From Trichodelitschia bisporula (taxonomy: Eukaryota): DNA of 64,000 nt. The notes beneath the pieces are model-generated. The model did not search any database and was not told the DNA's origin. It saw nothing but the letters and a program-made list of their open reading frames with translations. A program made the position numbers and the translations under genes. Each line of letters starts with the position of its first letter. Within the stretch, counting starts at the first letter, position 1. The stretch spans positions 372,001-436,000 of the forward strand of contig ML996688.1 in NCBI GenBank assembly GCA_010356995.1. Direction: 5' to 3'. This document shows, piece after piece, positions 1 through 14,323 of the stretch.

Positions 1-3000
1 CCGGGTGTTTCAATTCGTGTCAAAGGTGGGGGGCCTGCGCATTGTTTGGGTAGGTTACAAGTGAGAGGACTAACGATCGATCTCAGTGATAGAGGAACAC
101 AGCATTAACGTCAAGGCCTAGAGCTTTCACTTCAGCAAGCCTACGAGCTCTCTCCCGGGATTCAACGCCAGAAGCGTGTTCAACAACGCGGGCTCAACCT
201 GTGCAGCAGTGGCGGGTATGGAGTGAGGAGGCAAAGGCACCAGTACTACGTGCTGCAGAAGCCGTGTTCTCATAATAGTTTGATAGTGAGAGTGTAAGCG
301 AGCTGAGAAGTTGCTCTGGTGGACAGGAAAAAGGTTATTGGAAGCGGAGGTGGCAGCGCAGACGCTCCAGGTACGGGATGTCAGCGACGCACAAGGGAGG
401 GGTAAGGAGCTAAGGTGACGTTTCGTGCCTTCTCCCCAAACCCACTCCGAGAGGGAAGAGGAGCCTTGGAAGGTGTGACGACAGCCCCATGATGACTTCC
501 AAGACGCAATCACCCGTCATCGTCAACTTCATCTCTATCGCCAATTCTTCATCCGCAACCCGAACGCACTTCAATGCTCGCCTCTTTTCGCGCCTACCGT
601 CATCAATTGGTCAAAGCATCAAGTACGGACCCCCACCTGATGGAAGCAAAGTCCCAGCTTCTGCGACCTTGAGCCCGTTCTCCCGACGGACGGGGTCGGC
701 AAAAGTAATCCAATTCCCAGACCCCACGCAGACGAGTTCCTGGGCTTTAGGGCTATCATCGGGGGTCACCTTTAGCTGGCCGCAATAACCCAATGCAATG
801 GAGGTGCTCTCCCTCAGGGGTGGTTGTCGGGTCTGAGTGGACTGTGAGAGAGCCCGTGGCGTTGCCGTCTCAAACCGGGGAACCATTCCGCTGACATGGG
901 ACGGGTCGACAGCCTGACGGTGGCGTGCATTCTGAGCTCGCGCTCGTGCCGGGGAACGGGGAAGAGGATGCGAAAGAGGCACGGCCTGCGACGCGGACCC
1001 GCGCGCGCCTTGGTACTGCAACACGAGCGAGCTGATAGCGCCGCAACCTAGCGGTAGTGGTTCGGGACAACCTCCTAGTTGTGGTGTTGCGTGAATGCAC
1101 TCATTATCCGCCAGCATGCAGTAAAATTGCCCGGAAGAGGCGTAGCATTCGTCTTTCATCAATCGCTCACCGGACTCGAGGATCAAGACCAACTGGCTGT
1201 ACGGTAGCGAGAACGCGCGGGCCTAGAGCGGCTTCGTCTATACCGTACACTGCTGAACATCCCATTCTCCGCAACCACTGGCGCAAGGCGGTTCTAATTG
1301 CAGACGCCTTGTATACGGAGAATACGCCCGTTGCAACGCCAACTCTTTTCCCCGGCAATCCAACTCCCGGCTAATTCCATTGCGCTGGTACACGGGCGCG
1401 TTTGATGGTCGTTCCCTGTTCCCCATGACGACTAGCGAGATGAGCAGCAACAGGCCCTGGCAACAATCGGAGATTTTATGCCGTAAGTCAATGTTCAAAT
1501 GGTCCGCGCAGTGACAGTCAGCAGGGGGCATCACGGGCTCACTCGGTAGCGCAAAAGCCGAAGGCCATTGCGGTTTGTAAAGAAAGCTTCAACAAGTGTG
1601 CTGGACTACCCGGGACTCAACTGATGCTACGCTTCCCTGGTTTCTACTTCCATGCTGTACGGTTTCACAACCGGCCGTTGGCTGGGGTTGGTGGCATCGC
1701 TCTCGATGCCCGGGTGGACCATGCGAGCTTGTGTCCTTCCCCGCCTGCAACTGGTTGCAGCCCTTTCAACCTTGGCATAGCCGTCCGGGGCCTTCCACTC
1801 GGTCGGGACGCCATCAACAGCCAGCCGTGGATTGGGGTCGCCTCGCCCCAGTGGCTTGGTGTAGGTCAACAGGGTGTATCCTAGCGTAAAGCCCGTCTGG
1901 GGGCGTCCACGCCTAAGCTGGGGTCTTTACGGATTAGATTGGTCACCTTGCTCTTGTCAACGACGCCCATTGGATGTATTGGCCAGGTATGTGAAGCCTA
2001 ATGCAACGCTAATTGCAGGCTACGAACCAAGCTGGGGGATATTTACGAAGACTGTGATAGGCCCGGCTACTGAAAGGTAATTACTTCTTTCCATTATTCA
2101 CAACTGGCGCCCGATAGCCGTGCCGTCGGAGCAGCTCCCATCACGATATTCCGAATGGTTCCTGGGTGCCCTGGTGACTTTCCGACGATCATCCACGCTA
2201 CGGGTTAAATCTGCGAAGCTTATGATTCCGACTGGGTGGAATTGTAACGGATTTCACGGCACGCTGGAAAGGGTATCCCAACTTGCCTTCTGGCAGTATG
2301 CAACCTCCTCATAGATGTTGCATTCACTGGCAGCCGGAGTGGATACCGCGCGACAATTGAACTGAGAACATAGTTCACGGACTCGACCATTCCATGAACA
2401 CTCAACCGGAACGATCAGCGGTGCTTTCAAGGGCTGTGCAACAGATACTCCGTACTTTGGTCGCTGAATCGTAACCCGGAGGTCATCCGGTATGCGCACA
2501 AGGCTGCCACCGCCGCCTCTGCCACCAGACCCGAGAATCCGTTCAATAGGCCCTGGGCAAAGAAGAAAGAGCAGATCCTGCATTGCTGCAGCCTCATCGC
2601 CAATCCACCGCGGTTCGGGCTAGTGAGACTGATATGGCTTTGCCATCGTGACCCTTCGGGCACGGTTAACATCTCGCAGCCGCAATAACGTTGCCGCAAT
2701 TGTGCCGCAAGAGCGATGACGTTAACAGCGACATTCATATTTTCGTATCAGCCGGGGTCCATGAGCTGGAGTTGAGCACATATCCTGGCGCAAATCCACG
2801 CCAATATCATCCCGCGAGCAGCCCCGGTGTTTCAAGTGTTCCAGAATCACGGCCGGACGGGAAAGGGACGAAATAATGTCACCTTCCTCAGGCAAGTGAA
2901 AAGCTCGCTTGGCGGCTTGAAGCTGAAGACGTCCACATCAAGCCGGCAAGTAACGACTGGGCCACATGTCCTTACACAGAAAATAGGGCGAGACAAGCAG

Positions 3001-6000
3001 CAAAGTTAGGTTGACGATCCGGTTGACCCGCAACCTTAGTCTCAGCCTCCCGCCTCCGGGAGTGACTTCCAGGAGACTGCCAAGGCCGGGAGCGTTCCTG
3101 GTGCTGATCATTGCCGGGCTTGTGACGTAGCCTAATAGTCTCTGAAGGGGAAAATTAACACCTTTTAGACGAGGCCTCTTACTGACCACGGCGGCGGACC
3201 TCAAAGTGTGCGGCGTATCAGGTAATTTTGCGCTAAATGAAGGTCAACAGTTGAGGTTCGCAGCCGTTCGTCCCGTGAGCAGGTCAGAACACCAACGCTC
3301 AGACCCCATCGGCGCGGGGCGGGGCGCGGGGGTTGAGCAGCGGAATGGTAGACAAGGCTAGCCAAAGGTGGTCCGACGGTGGTTGACGTACTTTGCCTTA
3401 GGTAAAGGTGATGCCACTCAATCGAGTGAAGGGAGAAAGCGGTCGGGAGTTGGCGTGGGATGTCACTGTCGTTCGGGTCCGCTCCGACCGAAAACTTTGC
3501 CTCCGTGGCCATTGGGCGAGGCGGACGAGTTTGTTTGACTAGCCGTCCACTCTCCATCGCCACTGCTCACGGCCAAGAGTCTGCGGCGCGGAAGCATCCG
3601 CTGTGGTTGGACGACCACGGCACGGTAGACGTGCGGTTCGAGCTTCGCTGCATCACGGCCCGGCCTGGGGTTATCCGTCTGGGGTTAGCATTAAGCTGAA
3701 GGGTCTTGCCTGCGACCTCGCAATTGAAGCGATTCACAACCCCCTCCTTCACGCCTTCAGCTCGTCCAGATCAGTCACAAGTCACATCGCCGCGAATGTG
3801 ACCTGCCGCTCCAGGCACCTGAGGTTGTGGTGATGGGATTCTGGGGGACGTTTGAAGGCCCCCGATCCGATTTCCGCCCTGGATAGCGTCCTGAAAAGAG
3901 GGGTAGCTCGAAAATAGGGCGGTGTTTTGGAAGACGCAAGGGGAGGGGATAACTACAGTACGCGGTGTGAGAAGCGATCACGACGTCTGGAGGGGTCAAG
4001 ACCAGTAAGATGTCATACAGCGGCAGGCATTCTGTGCTCTCGAGATCGTCGTTAAAGTGACGTGCTTGGGTGCTGGGAGCCCTAGCTGGATGAGGGTGAT
4101 TCACGGCTGGGATGCAAAGGCGACGAGGTTTGCTCGTCGCACACGGTGATCGGAGCAGGGTCATCATCCTGAAGCCAAGGTGACGAGACTCCAAGAGATC
4201 ACTGGCTACCATGTGAGGCGGTGCTTCAGCGACTCACAAATCGCTACGGTCGGGTGGAGTTGCGAAGGAAGCTTTGAAGGAACAATGCTTTCGAGCTTAT
4301 CATAGCCGACCTGGTCACCTTTTGTGGTGTTCATTGGCTCCAGCGTCTGCCAAACGAGAGCACATTTATCATATGCGAGCAAAGCATTTGCAAGTCAAAG
4401 AAGCAGGTCCCGTCACGATTTTCATCGCCTTCCCGCTGGCGAAGCGCGGGGTCGGTCGCGATGATCCCGAACGAGGCGACCATACGTCCTGTCGGAGGGC
4501 TGGCAATGGAGATGCGGGGAAAGTTGCCCCAAATGTCTCGAGACGGATACCGGCGACGGTGACGGGAACCTGCCACTCCGGACAAGCGCACAAAGCTGCT
4601 CGGGACCATCTGTAAGTTACTTGTCCCACTTCCTCTCCAAATACTCGTAACTCTACGCCGACAACATCTGTTTTCCATGGTACAACGAACTCGCTTATCA
4701 CCAGCAACGACGCATAGCCTTTGCCGTGATAGACAAAAGAGGTCAAAGAGATCGAATCTCGACCAAAAGCACCTTGTGCTGCATGCGCAATCCAGGAGTG
4801 CTTGTGGTCTCCAAGAGCCAAGTGCAACGAAAGGGCATCGGGAAGTGGGACTTGCAGGTCTGACAGTTCCGCAGTCGCCATCGTGGTCTTTTGGCAGCTA
4901 AATGCTCTTCTTTTTTGTCTTGATGCTTTTAGGTCAAGATCCCAAAGTGGGTTAGAATGGCGTTAACCGCGAAAAGAAGACAGGCAGGCCACCAAGCAGC
5001 AATAGCTCGCCGGGCCGTCGAAGCCAGCGCCTCCGCCAACGACAGGCTCACAGGCCCGACACCCACAGACCACTCATGTACCGTAAAGAGCGCCACTGTC
5101 CGCCATAGCGGCGTACGTCCTTTGCGGACCCCGGGGATTGGGAGGACAGGTCTTCCTGCTGTCTGCTCGGGCACTCGGGGGAGATCCCCTACCCTCCATC
5201 TCACCTCTCTCTCCAACCCCCCCCTTCCCTTCCTGGATTGAAGGGCCTGGCCAATGTATGGGAAGTAGAGTCTCATCCCTCCCGGCCACCGATGCAGCAA
5301 CCCCAAGGGACGACGCCACTTTGATAACTGTCAACTGAGCGAATGGGATTCCTAGTTGCATCTTCGTACTGAAGCGGGTCCCCACAGCGAATGTGAGGGA
5401 AAGCCAGCGGCGTCCACGCTCCGTAACCCCAATCCCAAGTGGCCCTCGAGCATGCCCCACCCCCATCTTTTGCATCCCCATTGCTTCTCTTTCCTTTCTC
5501 ACTTCTATTGTCTACCCCTCCATCATGCTGCAAAGCAAATAAAATCAACGGGAGAACTGCAACATTTCTCAAAGAAAAGCTCAGTAATTGCCGGCTGTTG
5601 TGTGCTGCGCAGTCTGCGTGCTGTTGGTGCTGAGCCCCCCCCCCCCACCATCACCATCCCACTCTCCAAAGCAAGCCTTGCGCCGTCTCCCCCCCCCTCA
5701 GCACTTGGAGCTTGCTCGCCTGCATGGTCTCTCCCGCTGCTTCTGGACCCCTGCTCCTACTCCCGCCCTCGTTGCCATGCCGGGGAGGAGCGGGGGCCTT
5801 GGAGCCGGGGCTGGCCACCGTGCAGCTCGCGAGATCTCCGTGCGCACTCCAGCGGAGTACCCCAGGGTTTGGGCTTCCGTTAGCTGCCTCCCACGTCCCA
5901 CTCTGCGTGGACAGGCCTTGGTATCGCGGGTGGGATGTTTGGGAGCTGCCATCAATCCCCATGTGTAACATACCCTCTTACTCCTCCCTATCGCTCTCCT

Positions 6001-6337
6001 CCTTCGCTGCTGCCGAGAAAGCGCCTCTTATACATATCCCCTCCCCACGCCGAAACCCACCTGCCGACACCCACCTCCAGACTATCATCACCTTACCAGT
6101 CTCTTCACCTCCACCCCAATCCCTCTTCGCTGTGTAATATACCTCACCGTCGAGCCTCACTTCCATCCTCCCCCCGCCAAGGACCCCCGCTCCCCACGAA
6201 CCCGATCAGTGATATCCATTCGTTGAAGAGATATTCACGCACCCATTCCCCGCCTCACACTCCCCCGCCGATCTTCGCCCCCACTCGCAACTCGACATCC
6301 ATTTATTCCTCTCGGCTCCGTCAACCGAGCATTTGAC

Positions 6338-7954
6338 ATGGCGGCCATGGTAGCACATTCATCTTTGGGCAGTCCCTGGCAGCAACAACAGCAACAACAG
6401 CAACAGCAGCAACGAAGACCATCCTTAATAATGCACATGCCCGGCCATAGCATGCCCGCAGGAATGCTCCCCACGACCACCACGGCAGGCCCCGCTCTCC
6501 CCGTTACGTCAAGGCCATACCAGCCGAGTCCAATTGAAATGATGTCCATGTTCCCGCCGACGAGCATGCCGAACCCCATGCCTTACCAGCACGGGTATGC
6601 CATCGACATGACCGCCTTCCAGCAGATGCCGGTGCAGCAGCCGTTCAGCATGGGATACCAGCAGTCGATGCCGTACCAGCACGGTCATGGCCATCCCCAC
6701 GGCCACCAGCATCCGCATGTCCACCAACCCCACCCCGCAACCTACGCCCCTACGACGAGCGATATGACGGCCACCGCCCACTCCATGGTCCGCGAGCAGC
6801 CCCGGCCGGCAAACCTGCAGACCCTCACCCGGAGCCCTTCGGTCAAGACGGAGATTCCTTCCCCGGTTTCGGACTTCACTCCCGTTCAGCCAGTCCGCCC
6901 TGAGGGCCCTGTGGCGAAGGGCGACACGGAGACCCCCGGTGGCATCATCTTCTCGACGGATGTGGACTGCCTGATGAAGGCCATTCAGTCTAAGACATCA
7001 ACGAAGCAGCTTCCGCTGCCCGAGGCACAGCCGGTGCAACCCCCCTCTCCAGTAGCCGTGGCCGTGGCCGTTCCCGTGGTCGAGCCCCCCACACGAATCA
7101 CCAAGTCTCGGAAACGGTACCAGTGCAGCATGGCCAACTGCAACAAGAGCTTCTCCCAGAAGACGCACCTGGAGATCCACACCCGAGCCCACACCGGCGT
7201 TAAGCCTTTCGTGAGTCGCACGTATGAAGAATTTGGACGAAGAGGCTAATCCCTCATAGCTCTGCAAAGAACCATCTTGCGGTCAGCGGTTTTCCCAATT
7301 AGGCAATCTTAAGGTTGGTCCCTCCTAAAGCGGAAACTTGGCCCGTGGCTAATGATCTAGACCCACGAACGCCGACATACGGGAGAGCGCCCCTACCAGT
7401 GCGACATATGCAGCAAGACATTTGCACAGCGCGGCAATGTACGGGCCCACAAGATCGTGCACCAGCAAATCAAGCCCTTCACCTGCAAACTCGACGACTG
7501 CGGCAAGCAGTTCACGCAACTGGGCAACCTCAAGAGCCACCAGAACAAGTTCCACGCCAACACGCTGCGCTACCTGACGCAGAAGTTCTCGCAGATTTGC
7601 GAGGGCGACTCCGTCACCGCCCAGGACAAGGAGCTCTGGGAGTACTTTGCCGATCTGTACAAGAACTCCAACAAGGGCATCAAGGGCCGCGGCAAGGACC
7701 GTCGCATTTCGGCTGTACCGATCAGCGCGAAGTCGAGCTTTGGCTCCGGGGGCTCCGAGACTTCGTCCACGACGTCGAACATGGGCCGCGTGGGCATTCA
7801 CAACGGCCCCGACAGCGACCGGTCGAGCCGGTCGTCGAGCTTCTCGTCCGAAGAAGGCGAGCACCACCGGGCGCCGGAGCAAGTGGTGTACCATCAGCAC
7901 TTCGAGGACCACGCAACTGCGGGCTATCACAATATGGTATTCCCGGAGCGTTGA
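6338..7954 (+). CDS. AZF1: C2H2 zinc-finger transcription factor, AZF1-like (exons 6338-7210, 7260-7313, 7361-7954)
   Basis: Splicing GT-AG introns 7211-7259 and 7314-7360 (both with CTAAT branch sites) joins four C2H2 fingers ([107 protein letters not shown]). The AZF1-family motifs STDVDCLMKAIQ and ELWEYFADLYKNSNKGIKGRGK are present. Confidence 0.93.
6380..6412 (+). repeat. CAG/CAA trinucleotide tract encoding Q11 in the AZF1-like N-terminus
   Basis: cagcaacaacagcaacaacagcaacagcagcaa read directly. Confidence 0.9.
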
Positions 7955-10900
7955 GTGGGCTGCCGCGGAGTTCGGCCCCACACATCGTGCATGCTGCCCA
8001 CCCCCAGCGCCGGACCCCGGACGCACAGCAGCGCGATGAAACACGGAACGATTGAGCCTTGCGTCCCGCTCTGGTCTATTCTTGCTTTTGGATCCCACTG
8101 CTGTCATTCCAGATGCGACTATCGCCCACATTTTATCCTGCGCAGCATCACCTCCTCTCCAGCATTACACTACAAAGTCCCTTGGACCAAGCGGAACCCG
8201 TGCCACTGCCGGGTCAAAAAGTTTTGCTTTCTTGCACAGTTATTTTTTATGTTGTTTAGTGAGCTTTGGCTTTTGGTTGGCCTATCTGTATCTTGCATTT
8301 CTTATCGCGCAGCACTTGTCTACCTCTGCCTGTTCTAGCGGGCGAACGGGGACGAACATATAACGTGGCATACCATTAACGTGTACATGCGATTTATGAC
8401 AAGGCTGGGATCTGGAGCAGGTTGTGGGTATTTGAAGGGGTGGGGTACGAGAAGGGGCGGTGTAGGGCCCCCCCCCTAGCTTGGAGGAGTTCTATATCCT
8501 GAGAATTGGAGTTGTCGAATTTCTTGCATATCATCAGGGGTCGGAGAAGAGCGGGGGTGGGGGGTTGTAGAGCGCGGTGTATCGCTGGGATCTGGGAAAG
8601 GATATCGCGGTGGGGGAGGGGTCAGAGGGACGGAGCGTGCCGAACAGACTGCTTTCTCGATGGATCTCCAGCTGTTTGTCCTTCCTCTATTCCGTTTTTC
8701 ATTTCCTTCTCACGGCTCGGACGTTTTTGGCCCGATGCACCTCTCTTGTTTATGGGATTAGCGGGTAACTGGCTGGGCGGGTTTTCGGGCTGCCCTGGGT
8801 TTGGTCTCGGGGCTGCGGTCTGCTTGCCATAGTGAGCAGGCGGACGCAGCTTCGAGAACCAGCGGCATTGCCAACATCTTTCAAATCTGGGAATCGGAGA
8901 ACATGGGATACGGGAAACAGGCGGGCGGGACTTGGGCAAGGACAGGGCGGCGGGTTCGGGGGTGCTTTGAATCATTTTATCGTCGACATTGTTCAGGCTC
9001 GGAGAGCAGATATTTCAGCAGTTTCGCGACATCCTCACGGGCGGTGTTTTCAACACGTTGAACGTTTTTGGGTATATCATTTTGGGGAACTCGGATCTCG
9101 AGATCATCACCCCCCCTCTTTCTACTACATTGTTTGAGCGTCATTGGGAAATACGTGGAGAAGAGCGTCGGGCCATCGCGGTTCCCGCGGGTGGTTCCGT
9201 AGTCGTTCGGTCTCGTCAGGGTTACTCCGTTTGGCATCTTCCCCTTCTCTCACATACTTAGCAAAGGAGCGTCTGCCTCGCCGCAGGCGCTCATAGAAAC
9301 TACCTCCCCCCCCTTCACAGGGGTATCAATGAATGTACATCCATACCTACCTCCTTACCTCCCTCCATCTTGACTCCGTCTCCCCTTCAAAACCCCTCCG
9401 TCACGCCCTAACGCAGAGCCTCCCCCCTCCCTCGCCTTAACCAATGGTCCCCCGCCAAAAAATCGCGTCACCTCAGCCCTGCGAAGCTGCGCATCCACGC
9501 GGGGCGAAAAAAACGCATAGCCAGCAGCGCAGCGCATGGTGCAGCGTCTGCGCAGCAGAGCGCAGTAGAACTAGACGGCGTAACAGCGTAGCAGCAGCAA
9601 TACGCAAGCAGGGAACCACCACCCCGCCGTGCGCTGCGCGAACCATAACTCCCTCACCTACCGCAGACAGGCCTTGCGGCTTCGCCAGATGCGCGCCCCC
9701 GCGCTGTTCTGCGCTGTCCTTACCCACGCCGTTGGCTCGTGGCGGGGGCGGGGGGTCTGGGGGGGGAACCAGGTGTACGAGGGGGGGTTTCCGGGTTAGC
9801 CGGCTAGTCTCTGACCTCTGGCCTCAAGAGCGGTACGTACCCGACCGCAGAGATTTTCACTGAACGGGTGCGGGACTTGGCGCGTGGGAATGTGGCGGTG
9901 GTTGGAGAGCGGTGGTTGCATACCGTTTGCATTGGAGCGGCGCCCGCGAGCTGCACTGGCCTAACAACGTACCGTACAGAAAGGCCCCCTTGGCCCCCGG
10001 CCCCGGCCCGACGCACGCTGCGGCACTTGCTACACCGAGAATGACGGCACCCCGCGCGTGGCGCGCGGATGCTGTTATGTAACCTCAACGACGGCGGTGC
10101 GGCGGTGCGGCGGGGCTGATAGCCTTGTTGGCCCCACGTTTCGTGGGCCCCGGCTCCGTCATTCGGCCTGCCGGGGGGGAAGCGAGGGGGGAGGGAGGGA
10201 GGTTTCTAGTTCTTTGATGGAAGGGCGGAGGAGGAGGGGGGTGAGGTGATAGGAGGATGGGGAGGGGTGGTAGTGAGGAGGGATGGCCAGCGGACGCTGG
10301 TTCTCCAGTACTTCGTACGCCTTCTTGGCGTCGCTGCGCTCCTCCGTCTGGGGGTGGTGGGGGGTGGGGTGCAATGACGGGGGTGGAATGGTGGAGGAAT
10401 ATGATGGCAATGCGGTGACGTTGCGCCTACGGGCCGGTCGGCATCCGCCGGAGGATGCATCTGGGGGCCCACGATTGGTCCTCAAAGGGAGCGTCTCGTG
10501 CGACTCTCTGTCCTCGACTAGCTATCATTGGCCAAGCACATGCAGCGCGAGCCTGTGGGAGGGTCGGATTTTTCTCATATTTTTGCACGCGCGGGATCGG
10601 GCGCGGTTTTCTTTTTGGGTGATCGAGGGTTTGAGGGTGTGGAGGGGGCCGGATGGGGAAGGTGGTGGCTGGGGGTTTGGGTTTTGCGAGGTTTAGAGAA
10701 TTGATGCAAGGAGGGGGGCAAGGCTGATCGTCAGTTTGCGGTGGGTTGGGGTCGCGATACGCGATGCCGGGTCCCCTCCCGACGCCGGGATATCGGCGTC
10801 GCAACACGGGCACGGGACATGCGTTGTGATCGTTGCGCGCGTGGGGAGGCCAGCGCCGCGGATTGGAACCAGTGCCGTAACCGCCATACCCCAGACCTCT

Positions 10901-13836
10901 TTCCCATCCAGCCCTCTGCCACTGTACGACCTCAATGACGCCTCCCGACCAAGATAACACACCGCAACCCCAGAAAAGATGAATCGCGAACAACTCGCCA
11001 ACCCCGGCCCTGCTACGATCCGCAATCCTGATCCTGATCATCCGCAAGGTCGCTTGCGTCGCATACCCCCAACCCACCATCGCTTAACCCGGCCGCTCGC
11101 CGGCGGCGGCACTGATGGCATCCGCGCCGCGCCTTGCGTGACCTGTGCGACCGGGCACGCATACGCGGCGCAGCGCAGCTTGCGCGGTCGCACACGATCT
11201 CGCGGAAGCCGGCGCCCGTAGCGATCGCTTCGTGCAACTCAAAGGGGGAGGCGGAGAGGGGCGTGGTGTGCATCTGCGAACGCTCCCCGCATCGCAGGTC
11301 CAGGCGCAAAAGGTCCGATGGCCAAAAGCAATTACCACATCGAATCCCCAGATTGAAAACTCTAAACGGACCGCAGGGCTAGGATCCCCGTTATCCGAGC
11401 ATGCAAGGTTCGCAGGCTCGCAACAGCCGAGCTGGCTAGGGACGAGATCTTAAACGGCTTATCGCGCGTCGTGCTGCGATAGTCGGTACGTACCTGCGCC
11501 GCGGGGCTGACCGCGATTTTATCTCGTGGGGATAAGCGCGGGGGCCCAAGACGCTGAGGCGGGACTGCGGGAGGGAGGGAGGGACGGGACGGACGGGGCC
11601 GGGGACTCGGTGAAGCAGCGGCGCACGTGGGCCCTACTCTCCGACATTTCCGCAGAAACTCTTCGCAACCTCACGGCGGAAAAATTGGCAAACCTCCGGA
11701 TAAAAACTGTTCGAACCGAACGCCCAACCGCGCGATGACAGCATCTGATGTTCAAGGTTAATGCGGTTGTCGCCCGTCCGCCTTACCCACGTTTGCGACC
11801 CAGCATTCCAGCGTGGGGATCCCGGCATCGACTCGCGGTTCGGAGGGGTGTAGCCGGCCCGGCCGCGTGGTTCTGGTGCTGGGCTAAAGCTTGGTTGTAA
11901 AAAGCAATATCGTGCGCGCGTGGCGGGGCGCGGGGTGTGGCTGGAGAATTTGCGTGGGGCACGACACGGCTACGTAACCAGAAGCCGGGGTCGGGGTCGG
12001 GTGGGAGGGGACGGACAACGGCGAGTGTGAAGGTCGAAAGAGATTGATAACGGCGAGGAGGGGTAGGGCGATGGAGGGAGCGTTGAGGGATGCGGCATAC
12101 CGGACTGTGTGGGTGTTAGTGGAGGCGCTGTTGGTGAGAATCCAGTAGGACGCTTCCGCATATCTTATCGCGAAGCGCGCCCGCCGCCGCGCCAATCGTC
12201 CCGCGAGCCTTTGTCCCGCTCTCCTACTGCTTTCGGTCGGGTGCGCGCGCGGATGTGGTTGGCGGGGTGGTGAATGGTGGTTGGAGGAGCAAGATGGCTC
12301 GAGGTGGGGTAAAAAGGTACGTACCTAGACAACTCATCGCGGAAGACGTTCCGGGCGGGAGCCAGACCGCGCGGGACGGGAGAAGCAAGAAAAGCGTTCG
12401 CCTCATATGTGGCACATGGTGAACTGTAGGGTTTGGACTTTGTTCTTCCATATTTGCAGCGGGCCGTTGGTCTCTCCCATCCGCTTACCGACGGAGTTCT
12501 GCGGCCATACATCCTCTTCCATCACGGCTGCATTTGCCAGGCCGGGATTTCACCCTCCAGACCACGTCGCCAGCATGAATGCATGGTGCGGGTAAGCGCT
12601 TGTGAGGCCTGCTTTGGGCGTGGCGTGCGTTGGGTGGATGTTCTGGATGCATCCCGGCGAGATTGAGTTGGGAAAGGAGGGGCTGAAATCTGAGATGGCC
12701 GTGAACAGTGAGCCACAGTGGCGGTGCAAGATGATAATTTCGGTTTCGGATGATGTTGACATCTCGAGTTTTGTCCTGCTGTTGCGCATTTTCTTCGGTT
12801 CACAGCGTACGCAACGTACTTCTTCTCGTTTAACTAGCACTTAGCTCTTTCCGATCCCCCACTGCAAACACGGCCCAGCACTCCCCCTTTCACTGGTCGG
12901 CAAGTCCTAGGGCGAAAGACTTCGCTCTCGGCTGCATATTGCTGAATCACCACGGCGAGGCTAGAACGACCTCCGCGAGCCTTACCAAGCTGCGGGTGCG
13001 CAACATTACGGAGTGCACCGACCTCCATGTCTCAACGATGACATGCCCCACCACTCTCCGTCTCCACTCAGATCAACCACACTGCAGCATCTGCACCAAC
13101 TACCCAATCAACCCCTCTACCCGCTCGCCCACGCCTCTACGGAGCTCCACTCCCCCGGCTCCGCGGGATGCACCTCCCACTGCACTCTGCACATGTAGGT
13201 GCGAGTTGCGTAGCGCGCTGCACGCTCGCATGGCCGCATCGAGTCAAATCTAATGCCCAGAATCGCCTGGTCGGCCGCTGGGCCAGTGTGGAGCGGAGCA
13301 GGGCCGCGTGCGGGGGGTACATGCGGTGCTGGCACGGCGGGCGGATGTGAGAGGAGGGGATGGACTGTGTGTTTTACTGAATCTGCGATGGTGCATCCTG
13401 CGTGGTGCCCCTCACTTCGCAATGGCGTAATGGCGGGGTTGGGGGTTGGGGGAGAGCGGGAGGGGTTGAACGGTAGGTGTTGAGTAAGGTTGAAGTCGTG
13501 GTGGACGAGGCTGGCTGTTGCAATGATTGATGCTTTGACTCGAGTATAGTGGGGACGTACGGTAGACTACTGCCCGCGGCTTCACGTTCCGTAGCCGAAG
13601 CGCAGTCTGACCGCATCCATGAGAAAGTGACAGCTCAGACCGCTTCGATGCTCACCGCATCCGGAAACCCCATCTGCAAGTCACGTGTTCGCTAGTGGGG
13701 GATGCCGAGAGTGAGCGGTGACTGCCGCCCGCTGTGATGCTAACATAACCTGCAAAGAAGCTTGCTTGCCGTCACGCCGACGGGCATTCTGGGAGTGCAG
13801 AGCACATCTCGGGGCTCATAGGCCCGCACGACAGGC

Positions 13837-14323
13837 ATCGTACGAGATCTGATGCAGAGGTGATTCACGCGTGCATGCATCGATGGCATTTGCGACGACC
13901 TGCAGCGGGGAAGGAGGAAGTGGACGAGGATTTCACATCGTACATATACGACATGTATCCCCATGTTGAAGCTGCTGAAGCTACTGCTGCCTCTGACGGA
14001 GGTGGAGTTTTGCATGCGAGCCCAATATCGTGCTGTGCGGCGAGCTTGTTCTCTCCAGCGCGGGGTTGTTCTGTGGAGCTGTTGACGTATTTGCTACTTG
14101 TCGTTCCCGAACGCCGGGAATCCTTTGCTGCGCTTTTACGCCCTGGGCAGCTACATGAACTGGGGGCTGCGTGCCCATTGTCAGAGAATTCCCGCAAATT
14201 CCCGCGTCGTCGCCGGAGGCTCGCGGTGGGATGCTGTTCGGAAACTGGCAAGCCGTTGTTGAGAGCTTGTCGTTTCATCCTTTGGGCTACCTCGATATCC
14301 CCTTTTGTTGGCTGTCACGTGAT
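13837..14323. promoter_or_regulatory. Candidate sterol-regulatory elements upstream of ERG3
   Basis: ATCGTACGAG at 13837-13846 (SREBP/SrbA-like), TATACGA at 13945-13951 (TCGTATA Upc2-type SRE on the minus strand) and a GTCACGTGAT E-box at 14314-14323. These short motifs can occur by chance. Confidence 0.35.

Noticed and set aside
127..6300. Numerous 60-190 aa ORFs, including 4369-4881(-) and 611-1192(-)
   Set aside because: No recognisable motifs, codon bias or coherent splice structure; they overlap in several frames as expected by chance in GC-rich DNA.
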